Assembly: GCA_017499595.2 (NCBI GenBank)
Contig: CM039005.1
Coordinates: 2,108,001 to 2,172,000 of the forward strand
Length of the DNA: 64,000 bases
DNA from: Psilocybe cubensis
Lineage: Eukaryota
Direction of reading: 5' to 3'
Part shown: positions 39,946 to 52,589 of the stretch, piece after piece
Layout of the letters: each line of letters opens with the position of its first letter
How positions within the stretch are numbered: the first letter of the stretch is position 1
Notes under the pieces: model-generated
Seen by the model: only the letters and a program-made list of their open reading frames with translations
Databases searched by the model: none
Told to the model about the DNA's origin: nothing
Program-made: the position numbers and the translations under genes

Positions 39946-41182
39946 CATCGGCAAAAAGGACAAGATCCCCAAATGCCTTGCCAAGGCATTTGGAGGCGTC
40001 CAAAGGCCCCAAGGCCCAAATGGCCTTTTATATTGACTAATTAGAGACTCGGAAGTCTAAAAGACTCCGAATCCTTGATTCAAACCAAATGTTTTAGGTA
40101 GCTCTAAATATAACCCAATCATTTGGATAACCTTTGAGAGTCCCGAAAACATTTGGACAACATTTGAGAGACCCAAAATTTTAATTGGTTCACACACTAA
40201 TGCTCGTATTTTATTCCTAGCAGCCACTTCAGGCAATCACACAATATAAATAGTAATCAAACGAGAAATTTCATTGAATAGGATTCTAATACAACAGAGG
40301 CTACACAGAAACAATATGATTTGTGACTACACAGCCAACGGGCAAGCGTGTGAAAAGGTTACCATAACTCGCATAATTTGATTGAAGAAGATCTAGAACG
40401 ATTGAATCATAGTAAGCAAAATGTAAAATATATGCGTGTCAAATGCACATATATGCGCATATACTCACATTTAAGTTAACAGAAATGGCTGTATAGTCAT
40501 TCAAGGTACTGGTAGAGGAAATGGAACTTGGTTAGTTGGAGTTGCCTAATGAGACAAGTAAACAATAGTGCTTTACCTTCAAGCTCTGCTCTGTGTGCAA
40601 GTATGTTTCGCACTAGCAAGTACAGTCATCAGAGCGGTGGAAATGAAAGTGGAAAGAAAGGGACTGGGGGCCGTGTCGTGAATATGTCTCAAGTTATTAT
40701 ACAGAAAACTGAGGTTCAATCTCCGATTTAATTTGTACATGGACTGGCGTGGTTTTGCGGAAATTGACTCGACTTGACGTCATGTAATAATGCTACGGTC
40801 AGCAAAATTTCTCCTTGCAAAATCATTTTGTGTGAATTGCAATCCCTGTAATCGTTTGGCATGTATTTCAATCCATGTAATCATTTGGATGGATGTAAAT
40901 TTGAATTCAAGGTTTTGTGCTTTGTTTCTATTGTTGTTCAATGTTTTTTGTAATGTTTTATGGCAAATAAATGATTAAAAATTGACTTTAAGCATACGAA
41001 ATTATTTTTAATAAATTTCGAGGTTCACAAATGTTTGTAGAGTCTCAAAATGCCCTCCAAATGTTTGCGGCGCCTCCAAATTTTGTTCAAATGTTTCGTG
41101 GGAAATTATCGTGTCACATGAAACATTGACCTACCGTAAAAGGCATCAAAGGCATTTGGGGGTCTGGTCACTTTTGCCGATG
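39946..41182. mobile_element. Non-autonomous DNA transposon, 1237 bp, CMC/EnSpm-like (about 34-bp imperfect TIRs, 2-bp TSD CA)
   Basis: Left CATCGGCAAAAAGGACAAGATCCCCAAATGCCTT; reverse complement of the right end CATCGGCAAAAGTGACCAGACCCCCAAATGCCTT. CA on both flanks and repeated caaatgttt/aaacatttg subterminal motifs. Confidence 0.82.
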
Positions 41183-41231
41183 CAATTGTCGTTTCAAATC
41201 ATCACCGTTTCGCTAGAGCACCCATCGAACA

Positions 41232-42294
41232 GTGCTCTACTTACAACTGACCTTATATTATACTGATAAATCAATTGAAAAGCTCACTATGCCGAAATGC
41301 GAAGTATACAATGCTCTCAAAAAATCAGACAGGCAGCCTCCCCCTAGCAATCGCAGCAATGATCGCGAGCTTCGTGCCATTGCAATGTACCGCTACAGGA
41401 ACCTTTGGAAAGCCGCTGATATAGAGGAATTTAAACGGGCTTTTATATACGGTGTGAATTGTAACTTTTTTGCAATTTGTCGTAAAGTTCTGGGCCGATG
41501 CTAACCGATATATCATAGGTCATTTCCGTGCGTTTCAAACTGGACGTGTCCTCCACTGCAATATCGTTGAAAACAACCTCATCATATATCAACATGTTAG
41601 GGCAGACAGAAATGAAGAAGAAAATGTCACCGAGTATGAGGACAATGCAAGCAGGAGGAAAGCCTCACTCCTAATGACTGAGTCCAAATCTGTTGAAGTC
41701 AACGAACCTCGAGTCCGCAGAGTCCTCACCGACTTCGATGTGGCAGTCCTTCTAGGCCCCGATGGCAAACCCACTGTATCATCTATCTGCGACCATCATA
41801 TTACAGGCACTATACCCTTCATGGCCCGCCATCTTCTGAGGACACCAGAAGAAAGAGAATTGCAACGATCGATGTACCCGATAATGCCGACATACCATCT
41901 GTACCGCTACGATCTTGAGTCCTTTTTATACATCCTTATCTGGGCTGCGACGTGTTACGATTTGACCACCCACAAAAGATTACAGATGCCCAAAGATTCG
42001 CACCTTGAGGAGTGGTCGAATATCAAAAGCATGAAGAAGACGAGGCAGGCCAAGCAGTTGGGGCATGGGCTGCTAGCAGATTTGGAACAGGACATCCGCC
42101 CTGAGTGGAATGGCCTATGGAAAGAATGGATCCAGCCCCTCTGTTTTTTGTTTCACGACGGGCTATTATGCAGCGACGTTGCTGAGAAACAGGGAAACAT
42201 AGATGATTTCATAACCGGAGGGGGACTTTTGACTTTTGACAATTTCATGAAAAAAATTCAAGTCTCATCCAGCGACTTCAATTCCGAGAAATGA
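41232..42294 (+). pseudogene. FunK1 (Pkinase_fungal) kinase-like copy A, truncated and catalytically degenerate
   Basis: VLHCNIVENNL (HRD replaced by HCN), LTDFDVAV, ITGTIPFMARHLL and HLYRYDLESFLYILIW. No kinase N-lobe visible. Confidence 0.7.
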
Positions 42295-42605
42295 TAGGCC
42301 TGTACATTCTCCATACTTTGTTGAATATTAATTTTTCACCCTTTCTTGTTGATTTATCGCAAATTTATCGTTTTGATTCCAAGTTCGTCCGTCCCCTCCA
42401 TGGGAAGAATGGACACGATCACGGGAATTGATGGGCCGTCGCGTGTTTCTTTAATTACTCCCGTCTTCGCAGTAACTGTCTTTTCAAATCATCACTTCCC
42501 TAGAGCATCCATCGAGCAGCATTGTCTGTCCCAGCAGGCTCATCACAATTGGGACCGTATTTCACTTGGTATATCCATATACGTCCAACAATCCAGTCTG
42601 TTTAA

Positions 42606-43202
42606 GGCTCAGAACCTCGAGCTCGCAGAGTTCTCAATGAATTCGATATGGCAGTCATTCTAGGTCCTGATGGCAAGCCTACAACACCCTCTACCGGCAA
42701 CCACCACATTACAGGCACTTTACCCTTCATGGCTCGTCACCTTCTCCAGACGCCGGAGGAAAGAGACGAAGACCAATCGCTTTACCCCACAATTCCGACG
42801 TACCATTTGTACCGCCATGACCTCGAGTCGTTTTTCTACATCCTTATTTGGGTTGCAACGTGCTATGATCTCACTGCCCACAAGAAGTTGAAGCTGCCCA
42901 AAGGCACATACCTCATAGATTGGTCGAATAACATAAACTTGGGGAGGGCAAGGATTGCGAAAGAATTGGGAGATACGCTAATGAAAAATCTGCGACGTGG
43001 TATCCTTCCTGAGTGGAAAGGTGTATGGAGGGAATGGATCATGCCGCTCTTTGTCTTATTTGAGGAAGGGCTGCGATGCAGCGAAGCTGCTCAGAAACGC
43101 GGTAACATCGATGATTTCATCACGGGAGGTGGGCGCTTGACTTTTGACAACTTCATGCGCAGCATTAGAGGGGAACCCTTAAACTTGGATTCCAAGAAAT
43201 GA
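42606..43202 (+). pseudogene. FunK1 kinase-like copy B, C-terminal fragment only
   Basis: RRVLNEFDMAV, ITGTLPFMARHLL and HLYRHDLESFFYILIW. Clearly paralogous to copy A; catalytic loop absent. Confidence 0.72.
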
Positions 43203-43961
43203 TAGACCCACGCGTTTCTCCTATTTTGTTGAATATAGAGTCCAGCAGCTTCATCTATGCAATTGCCTGTTATTCGTGCGCTCATTTGGCCTTGAAATGA
43301 AAATGAATTCGCACAAGAACCCTCATATTATATTTGGTAGAAAAATTTGACTAATTAAAACGCCCAAATACTGGCAGCAAGAACGTCCCCCATGCTGCAA
43401 TCTCTACATACTTTCTGTTCCAACTTGTTTTGCCCTTACACCAAATATTAACATTAACATAGTAAATTTGACTCGCTCTCAGCCAGTAAGACGCTCATAC
43501 AGAGTTATACCTGCCTGTAGTTTTAAAGGTACCAGATATACCACCCTAAATGACTATACGTTTGACAAGGAATGAGAGGGTCCAACTTTTAAAAATTGTT
43601 ATCGTTAATTTATCGTTTTGTTTCCAAGTCCGACGGTGCCCCCTTGTGAGAAAAAGTTGACACGGTCACGGGATTTGATGGGCCGTCGCGTGTTTCTTTA
43701 ATGACTAGTGCCCTTCTGACTTTTCCAACCACAGTCACTTCCCTAGAACATCCATCGAGGATTGTCTGCCCAAGCCTAACCAATCAAATTTGCACAATAC
43801 TTTTATCTGGAATCGTCTTTTACTTGGTATATTGTTATCCATCCAACCATCCAGTAAGCACGGCCCTTGTTCGGTGGTTGAGTAACAGGTGGCACCAACT
43901 CATTGTTGACCCCTACTATAAATTCCATCTATAAAAGCAACAGCTTTTTCATTGAGTCAAC

Positions 43962-44700
43962 ATGGCCCCATCTTTTGAAACCCACTCCCAGTCGTCATTG
44001 TCCACGTCTAGTAAGCCTGCTCTCGCCCTTCCCAGTACTTGCATTACTGATTCATGGCCAGACTCTCCTTCAATGGGTGATCACACACACCAGAAGATTG
44101 ACACAGCAAACTCTAATGCATTGAATCATGCCGATGACGTTAATAACACCTTGAAATTGGATCTCAACAACCACATTCTCGATAATGTATCTACAGCCCA
44201 ATTCGTCGAGCCCGCCAGCGAGCTAGAGCCTGGAAAATCTACCACGACTTTAGATTCACAATTTGCGCAGCCGGACGGCCTCTCGAAATCGTACCAGGAT
44301 ATTGTGAATAACAAGTCTGATCCCGGACTTCACATGCCATTTGACGATATCTCCAGAGCACTATATATGATGAGCCATTTCAATTTGTTCCACACTGGCA
44401 AAGTCATCCTTCGCGATTTCGACGAGAGCAACGTTATAATAAGTCCCCTTGGTCGAACTGACAAGCCGGATGATGGCGAGGAGGGAAAGAACGCAAGCGA
44501 CAAGATGACTTCAACATGATAACTATTCTAGGCCTAAACGACACGCCTACAGCTGATTCTATCGGTGCCCACCACCACATAACTGGAACTTTACCTCTCA
44601 ATATCTCATAGCTCGCCATCTTATAATAATATTACCTCCAGAAAAGCAACAAGAACACAGATTGGATTACCCCACAATGCCAGCCTATCATATTTAGTAT
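43962..44700 (+). pseudogene. FunK1 kinase-like copy C, internally deleted and frameshifted
   Basis: HTGKVILRDFDESNVII in the ORF. DFNMITILG...HHHITGTLP follows in a different frame near 44505-44600, and the gene then breaks off. Confidence 0.68.
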
Positions 44701-45222
44701 TTACCGCCAAAGGAACTCCTAATCACGTAGCTAAATATTACAATGTACATTGTGTGAATGTGAATAAAATATGCGAGATCTCAACAGCCTTACCACCTTC
44801 ATCCATTCAAAAATTCATATCGCGTGTTCAGAGCTTCTCAGTGAAACCTTCAAAGAACAACATATTGAAAAGAGTTACAATTAGCATTCAAAGTCTTCCT
44901 ACAATACAAAAGTGTGATATTTTTTTTTGGTCAGTAGATTATTTTGTACAATTACACTAGCAATAGCATGCGAGAGGTACATTTAAAAATGTGGTGGCGA
45001 GTTTGAAAAAGAAAGAAGGGTATATACGGTTGAACGTTACCATTAGATACAAAGCTCTACATATCCAAAAAAAACACCCCAAAGAATGAAAAGGAAGAGG
45101 CGAAAGAAAAAAAAAATGAAATAAAATAAAGAGAAAAAGAAAAAAAAAGACGCACGAGAGTAGTGACACGAATGCATAAATTATACCCTATTTCATAGAG
45201 AGAAGACAACATGTTTGTCCGT

Positions 45223-48200
45223 TTAATCGTCTCCTTCGTCATCACCTTCGTCCATAGCATCGTCCCCACCGACCGCGTCGTTGGTCGGCCCATTTTTAGC
45301 CTGCGAGCCACCCGCAATGGCATTCTTTTCAACAGCGTCGAGATCTTTCTCCAAATCCAACGCCTCCTCACCCTCACCTTCCCCAGACTCCACCACCCCT
45401 TCACCCCCCTTCTCCTCAACAACCATCCTCAACCTCCCAATCTCCCTCCTAAGCTTCCCAATCTCATCATCCCTCCTCTCCACTCTGCCCTTCAACAACC
45501 TAATATACTCGTTCCCGCAAATCAGCAACTGCAGCTTACTCACCCCTTTATTCGGGCCTTCGCCTCCAGCCTTGGGTGGCCCGCGGGGAGGTAGCGCACC
45601 AGGCAGCAGCGGCGTCGTTGGGTTGAACAGGGGTGAAGTGAGCATTGCCTCCCCGCCAGCCTCCGCATCGGTCGGCAGCGCAATGGGCGGGAGCAGCTTG
45701 CGCAGATCGTCAAACGTGGTTTTGAGCGAGTCGCGTCGCTTCTGCTCAGCCGCCTTATGTGACGTCTTGCGCACATGCATGGGTGGTCCGCCTGCAAACG
45801 ACGGTGCGCCCATGCCACCAGTGACAACGGGCAACGTGCGAGGCGTATTCGGGGCAGAAACTGTCATGGGCGAAGGCAGAGTTGGGTCCATATTGGGTGT
45901 CATGGAACCCGCTAGTACGAATCAATTATTAAAGTCGTGCGTAGAGTAAAAACTAGGAAAATACGTACCAGGAAGCAAAGGCTTCAAACTAGGACTGACC
46001 ATATTACCCATACCCGCCCTTCGCGTCGACACTCTCCCGCTTCTAGTCGTCACCGTTGCAGATGCACTCGCAGCGCCAGAAGTCACCTTTCCAGCCGCTG
46101 AAGCAGCTCCTTCCTTCTTCCCAGTCTTCGTTTGCTTACCCATAGTTGCTGAACCCAAAGCACCCGCGTTGCTACCAGAATTAGAAGCGGACGCAACGGT
46201 CGCGGACGCAGACGCAGAACCCAGCCTACCACTGCCACCCGCAGCGTTATTGATACCCAACCGTCCAAGGTTCATAATACTAGCCGGGGTGACCGGCACA
46301 AGAGGCTGTTGCTGCTGCTGCTGCGAACGTTGAGACTGATTCTGCGACGAGGGTGGTGGTGGTTGCATCTGCTGATTCGAGCCTTGGTTTTGATTTTGCT
46401 CTCGACTTTGCTGCTGCTGCGATGACCCATGGGACCCAAACTCCACCCCGTTCCCCATATCCATCATATCCATCCCGCCAAACGAGCCGATCCCCATCCC
46501 CATATCCATGTCCATATCCATACCACCCATGCCGCTCAGACCCATCCCCATCCCCATACCTTCCATCCCACCCAAATTATTCATATTCATATCCATACCA
46601 CTGATACCCATACCCATGCCCATCATCCCAATTCCGTCCATCCGGCCAAGGTCATGCTCATGATTCTCAACATGCGAATTCATCATCTCTCCAAAATGCA
46701 TCCCCAGACTCTCTCCGCCTTGATCATTCCTCATCCTATTCATCCCCATCATCCCATCCACACCCATACCCAGCTCCACACCCATATCCAACTCCATGCC
46801 ACCTCCACCTCCACCATTTCCGCGGGCAACAGACGCAGGCAAAGGAGGCGGTGGCATCGACCTATCCACTCTCCCGCCTGACCCTCCAGGCGCAGAATCA
46901 TCCTCGTTATTATTCAGATCAACAGGCGACGGCGTATCCTGCACCCCGCCTGCACCTGCACCTCCGGCACTCAACCCGCTCCGTCCACGACTTTTCGATC
47001 TCGATTTCTCTTTCGCTCGACTATTAGCAGCAGACGCTGGTGTCATAACAAGACTCGGGGTACCCCTCATCAAAGGCGTCGAGTTTGTCGAGAGCGATCC
47101 ACGATAGGGTCTACGAGTATTCGCCTTTGCGTTCGGAGCGCTCGAACCAGCAAGAGGACCAGACGCAGAATTAGCCGTACTCTCCAAAGGCGTGGAGAGA
47201 TCCGGAGCCGGGGACACAGAGCCCGACACAGAACCCGACCTCGCAGAGGACGACGACGAGGACGAAAGCATATGCTCTTTATCCACACCCTCCTTCCGCT
47301 TATCCACAGCTTTACCTTCTTCCTTCTCTCCATCGTTCCCGACATCACCCCCTGCGCTCTTCGCCCCTCCAAAAGGTGAAATCGACCCCCTTTCCCGCTC
47401 CCCAGGAGACACAACAGCACTCATACTCAGACCAAGCGTCGGCCTAATCGCAGGACTCTGCTTCTTCCTCGATCGCCCACTACCTCCACCACCCTCATCT
47501 CCACTACTCGAAGCAGTCCGTTTGCTACCCGCTCCCCCCGCCTTCCCCGCAGACGATGATGATGATGTCACACCCATACTTGCAGAAGCCGAAGTTCGAT
47601 GCGCATTTCTGCTCCTACTCGAGGGACCACTACTTGCATTAGGCGAAGCGTTGGATTGATTCGCATTCGCACTGCCAGTAGGATGCGCACCCAGCCAAGG
47701 ACTCGTAAGCGGCGAAATGTCCTGGTCCAAAATTTGCATTTGGTTGATGTGGCTAATTGCGGGTCCCTGGCCCTGTGTATACCGCGGGGACTCGGTCAAA
47801 CTCATCCTCCTCCCCTGGCCCTGGCCATCATCCACCGGTATCCCTGCAGGGCCCAGCGTCAAGCCGGGAATCCCACCGCCACCTCCAGGAAACGGCCCTT
47901 GGAAGATCTGGAAAGCCACCCTTTCAGGGGCCGAATGCGGGGCAACTAAATGGTGGTGGTGATGATGCCTTGCATTGTGATTTTGGCTATGATGTTCGTA
48001 ATTTGGGTTACGATGCGCTTGTTCATGGTGAGGCGAGGTTGGATGGTGGATAGGAGACGTAGGCGGGTAAATCGGAGAAGACATTCCGTCCTGGTCATGT
48101 TGAAAGTCGAATGACGGAGATGCAGAATTAGGTGTTCGACCTTGACGGAGAGGATGATGTGGTCTCTGCGTCGCTTGATGGTGCAAACTTGACAATGCCT

Positions 48201-49660
48201 GCAATTGTCTTTGTAGATTCGGGTTCAAATTCGTCCCCTCCAGCGAACCATGCCGGACGTGGGAGGGTGAAGAATGATGTGGATTGAAATGCTGACTCTG
48301 GATCATGTTCGGATTAGGTGAAAGTTGGTGTTGTGAATGTTCGTTGATATTATTCGAGTTTGAATTCGATGAAGATGCTGCTGAAGCTGGTAGTGGAATT
48401 TGGGCACGAGGAAGGGGTTCAATGTAATTCGTAACTGAGCCAGATGGTGATAAGGTAGCAAAATCCATAGACATCGATGGTCTTTGTGGACGAATTTCAG
48501 CGGATGGTCCTAGATAAATTAAAAAACGTAAGACTCGCTATTCTCGATGGCGAGGAACCATAAATAAACGTGCAGAAAATGCGCATACATTTCGCAAATG
48601 ATGCGAAGGCATGCGTCAACGAGGAACACGGGAGGAAAGAATAGAGAGAAAAATGGGAACGAATCGCCGCGATGTTAAGAAAAAAACAGACATAAAAAGA
48701 ATCCCAACGTCCAGGGAGTGTATGGAAAGGAACACATAACAAATAAAGATTGCGCATACGAAATAGATGCACAATGGCTAAAGTTGAAGAGGCCTCGATT
48801 CCAACGTTCGTCAATCCCATTCAGAACGCAGCCAAAAACCACGACGTTTGGCTAAGTAAGGCATCACATCGAAATAAAGGAGGAGACATGTAGTCCCAAT
48901 CAGGTCATCCCCTGCCTTAAAGCCATTAATGAAAACGCGCATACATTAGGGGTGAGATAAGACCCAGATATACTGTAGCCTTTCTGATAAGCGCACCAAT
49001 GCATTACGGTAAAAACGCTCCATGTTAAAACCGGCAAAGGGGGTCAAAAATGAAGAGATGTTGCGAGAGAAACAGAACGTGAAAAAAATAACGACAGAAA
49101 ACGTTGCGCACCGGGTGTTGGAAGACCAGTGTATTGATCGCTACCGCCTGCTGATTGTCTCGAAGGATCCACATGGGGCGACGACGGGAGCATGGATGGT
49201 GATTGTCCACTAATTAGAGCGATCTGTAAAGGTGGTAGCGGTATTAGCATAACCCGATCCCCCTGTGCTCCAAAACCCTTATCCACAACGGTGAAATGTT
49301 AACACGCACCTGCTGCTGAAAGATCTGGTTCTGCAACTGCTGCAGCTGTTGGAGTTGTGACAGCTTGATCTGCTGTTCAAGCAGCAATGCCGAGTTATTG
49401 GTGAACGTTTGCGGCACCTGCGTAGTGTTCGGTCCAGAACCCGCCCCAGGGATGATTGAGCTGGAAAGTTGTTGCTGGACGATATTATTTTCTAGCCCTT
49501 GGATCTGCATGAGGTTTTGGAGTAGGTTCATAGCTAGCGCGTTGGGGCTCTGTGGGTTCCCGGATGTGGTGGGCGTGTTCGAATGGGATGTGGCCATATT
49601 CGAAGACGACGACGACGAAGCATAGGACGAGTAGTCTGTCGGCAATATAGAGGGATCCAT
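45223..49660 (-). CDS. bHLH transcription factor, Pho4/NUC-1-like, with very long low-complexity regions
   Basis: C-terminal RKTSHKAAEQKRRDSLKTTFDDLRKLLP...NKGVSKLQLLICGNEYIRLLK, plus DISPLTSPWL, PVTPASIMNL and VSPSLKPLLP. ATG at 49660 (MDPSILP). Confidence 0.8.
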
Positions 49661-50818
49661 GGTGGATCTGGTGGTGAAGAGAAGGGTAGATCGGAAAGGA
49701 CAGAACGAGTGTCCTCTCTGTGATGATAGATCACGAGCTATTCGCTTTCGGTCCGCATAAGTAGGCCAAGCTTTTGTTTTGCTTGGCTGAGGCTGCAAGG
49801 AGTTACATATATTTACACATCATCGATGGCACGCTTCCAACGCGCCGTGAATCTATTTTGACCAGGAATACGTAGACATCTGTGCTATGAGAGATCCTCG
49901 CCACGTAACAAATCCTTGCAAGCATTCGCGAAATACCACCCAACCAGCGCGTTTTTAATATTATTGATCGATTGGTTGTACAACACAGCCTCGCTGCAAG
50001 TTTTCCCTTCAATTTTCCACATCCAAGAATTCCAAATTCCAAATTGTAGGATATCGGAATTCAACCAACTTGGGTCTAAGTATGAAAGGTTTTCATATGA
50101 TCAGGACAGTCGCACCCAATGAAATATTCACCATTTTCTGTCGTCACGTCACATTAGGTCACAGTGCCGTTTCAAGTTCAGACGGCACATAATTACAAAA
50201 TCATGATGGTTCATCATTGCGTTCAGGCTTTGAATTTGTGCTGTGTGATTTGTTGGAGTATTTAGTAGATATAATAAAGGTCTATAAGTATACGAACCGA
50301 CCATTAGCCTCTTAATACTAGCTGTGGTGATTGAGGAGGTTGTTGCAACATTTAAAGCGGAGTTTAGATAGATCAATGTACGTTTCAAACTTGAACCTTG
50401 TAGTCGATCATTAGTACTTTTCCTGTAAGCCTGCTGCCTTACTACTCTACCGTTTCTGCTGTATATATACTGTCCGTGATTAAGAAACATATCGTTTCTT
50501 AATTGGTTCTTTTACCTTACCGGTTTGAGTGTCACTGCTGTGTTCGGACAGAGAGCAGCGTTACATTTCCGCACAGTTCAGCCACACATAAACACCTCTT
50601 GATAGATTTCTCTTTTGTTGAACCAACAATATCACCTTGGACAGTCTCTGCCCCATTTTCCTGAATATGTGAACGTGAATCCGGAGTCGATCCTCTTCTC
50701 TTCAAAAGTCGCATGTCTGCTGGGCCTGATAGATTACTTTCTTTGATTTAAATGACGAGCCTTGCACAGAGAAGCTCGGAGGTCTTATTAAAGTTAATCC
50801 AGTTCTGTTGTAGAGCAA

Positions 50819-52589
50819 CTACAACATCGCGAGGGCTTTGCGCAGACCATCATCGGCCGACTCTATTGTCCAATCCCATGCACTCCTAATCAGGTCCGCG
50901 AGCTTATCCAGATCCTCCCTCGAAACATCATCACCATCTTTAAGATCCTCAAGTCCAGGAGCATTAAGCTCATAGATCAACCCCTGATTCCTAGACGCCT
51001 GTACGACAAAGTTGACAAAAGGCTGTCTCACAGCGCTGTACACCTCTGCAATCTTCACAGCATCTAGTTTCTCCTGGGTTGCCTTGGATATCAAATTAGC
51101 TAGGATATATGCGTCCTGGTGGAGAGAATGGTTCAGGCTCTGAGACGGTATTGAAGTGTAATATATTATCTCACCTCCATGGCTTGGCCAGCGCCATTCC
51201 CCAGGTGAACTGTCATAGCATGCGCCTAAAAGAAAAAAAAATTATTGAACAGTGTTTACCTGGTTAGCTGACACAAACTTACCGCATCACCAAGCAGGAG
51301 GACCCGCCCTTTCGCGTATGTGTCTAGAGGTTTGGTGGTCTGTACAGCCCATTTTGAAGGTTTGGAAGAGAGCTTAAACAGACAGAAAGGTTAGACTTTA
51401 TTAATCAACACGTACATTCCTCTCACCTTGACTAGCACCCGGGCCTCTTCTTCCCAGTCTTCGAAGTGTGGCATGCACTCGTCCGGCATACTATCCACGA
51501 CAGTGGGTCCGCTATGATAAGTTCCTTCTTGATCTCGGTAGCTCAAGAAGATACCCATATTCACAAACTTCCCTTGACGAACGGGATACGCGACTATATG
51601 CTGTATTCAGAATGAGTACTTTAAATATTCGGCGCGCTCAAAAATTACCTTGTCTTTACCACAATACTATGAAGAATGAGTGAGAAAATCAACACATCTT
51701 ACCCGCTTAAATTTGGAATATCTCTTACCACCATAGGTTTTGTAAGCGCACTATGAGTGGGGTATACCCGTCTGACGACCTCACTGTCAATCAAATCTCT
51801 ATAAACGTACGTCCCGCTCCAAACAGGCGCCGCCTGCCTGATCCTCTCTTCCTCTGACCAATCTTGCCCTTCAGAAATGAACGTCTGTCGGACAGCAGAG
51901 TTGATCCCATCGGCGCCCACGAGCAGATCACACACTACACTTTCCCCATTTTTGAATTCGAGTTCGATCCCATTCTTCGTGCGTCGGTAAGTGTTTAGTC
52001 GGTGCGCGAGGTGGAATTTAACGGAAGGTGAAATATGTTTAAGAAGGACTTCCTGCACATCTGCGCGGTGTATTGAAATGGATCCACCTGGGATCATGTC
52101 AATATCAACCATCGTCAACGAGTCATATCATATTCCAATGTACCTCGCAACATCACTTCAGCAATAACCTCGCCGATTTTCTTGTCGCTCTTTCTAATAA
52201 TAAAAGCAAGTTCTACAAATCACAAGTTGCACAAGTGCCAAACGGTACTCCATACAAAATAACAACTTACTGGGGACACCGAGCGCAGGTAATTCTTGAT
52301 CACCAGGCAAACGTTCCGCTAAGGACGCCTCTACACCTATATTCTTGAGTATCTCCCTCCCCCTGGGCCAAATCGTGATTCCTGCCCCAACCTGGGTAAG
52401 CTTCGCGGTAGATTCGTAGATATCGACCTGAATATGTTTGTCTAAATTTAAATGACTGAGGGCTACTGCCAAAGTTAGCCCTCCAATACCACCACCTCTG
52501 ACAATAGATCCTTTAGAATAAAACCAAAATGGCTGCGAACATAGACATTGCACTCACACAATGGCTATACGAAGTTTCTGAGATGTCAT
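50819..52589 (-). CDS. FAD-dependent monooxygenase (salicylate hydroxylase-like, group A)
   Basis: RIAIV/GGGIGGLTLA, QVGAGITIWP, IHRAD, DLLVGADGINSAVR and LLGDAAHAMTVHLGNGAGQAMEDAYIL. Confidence 0.9.

Noticed and set aside
34757-41182. One composite transposon carrying TF paralog 2
   Set aside because: The outer flanks do not match (GT vs CA), and each element has its own TIR pair and TSD.
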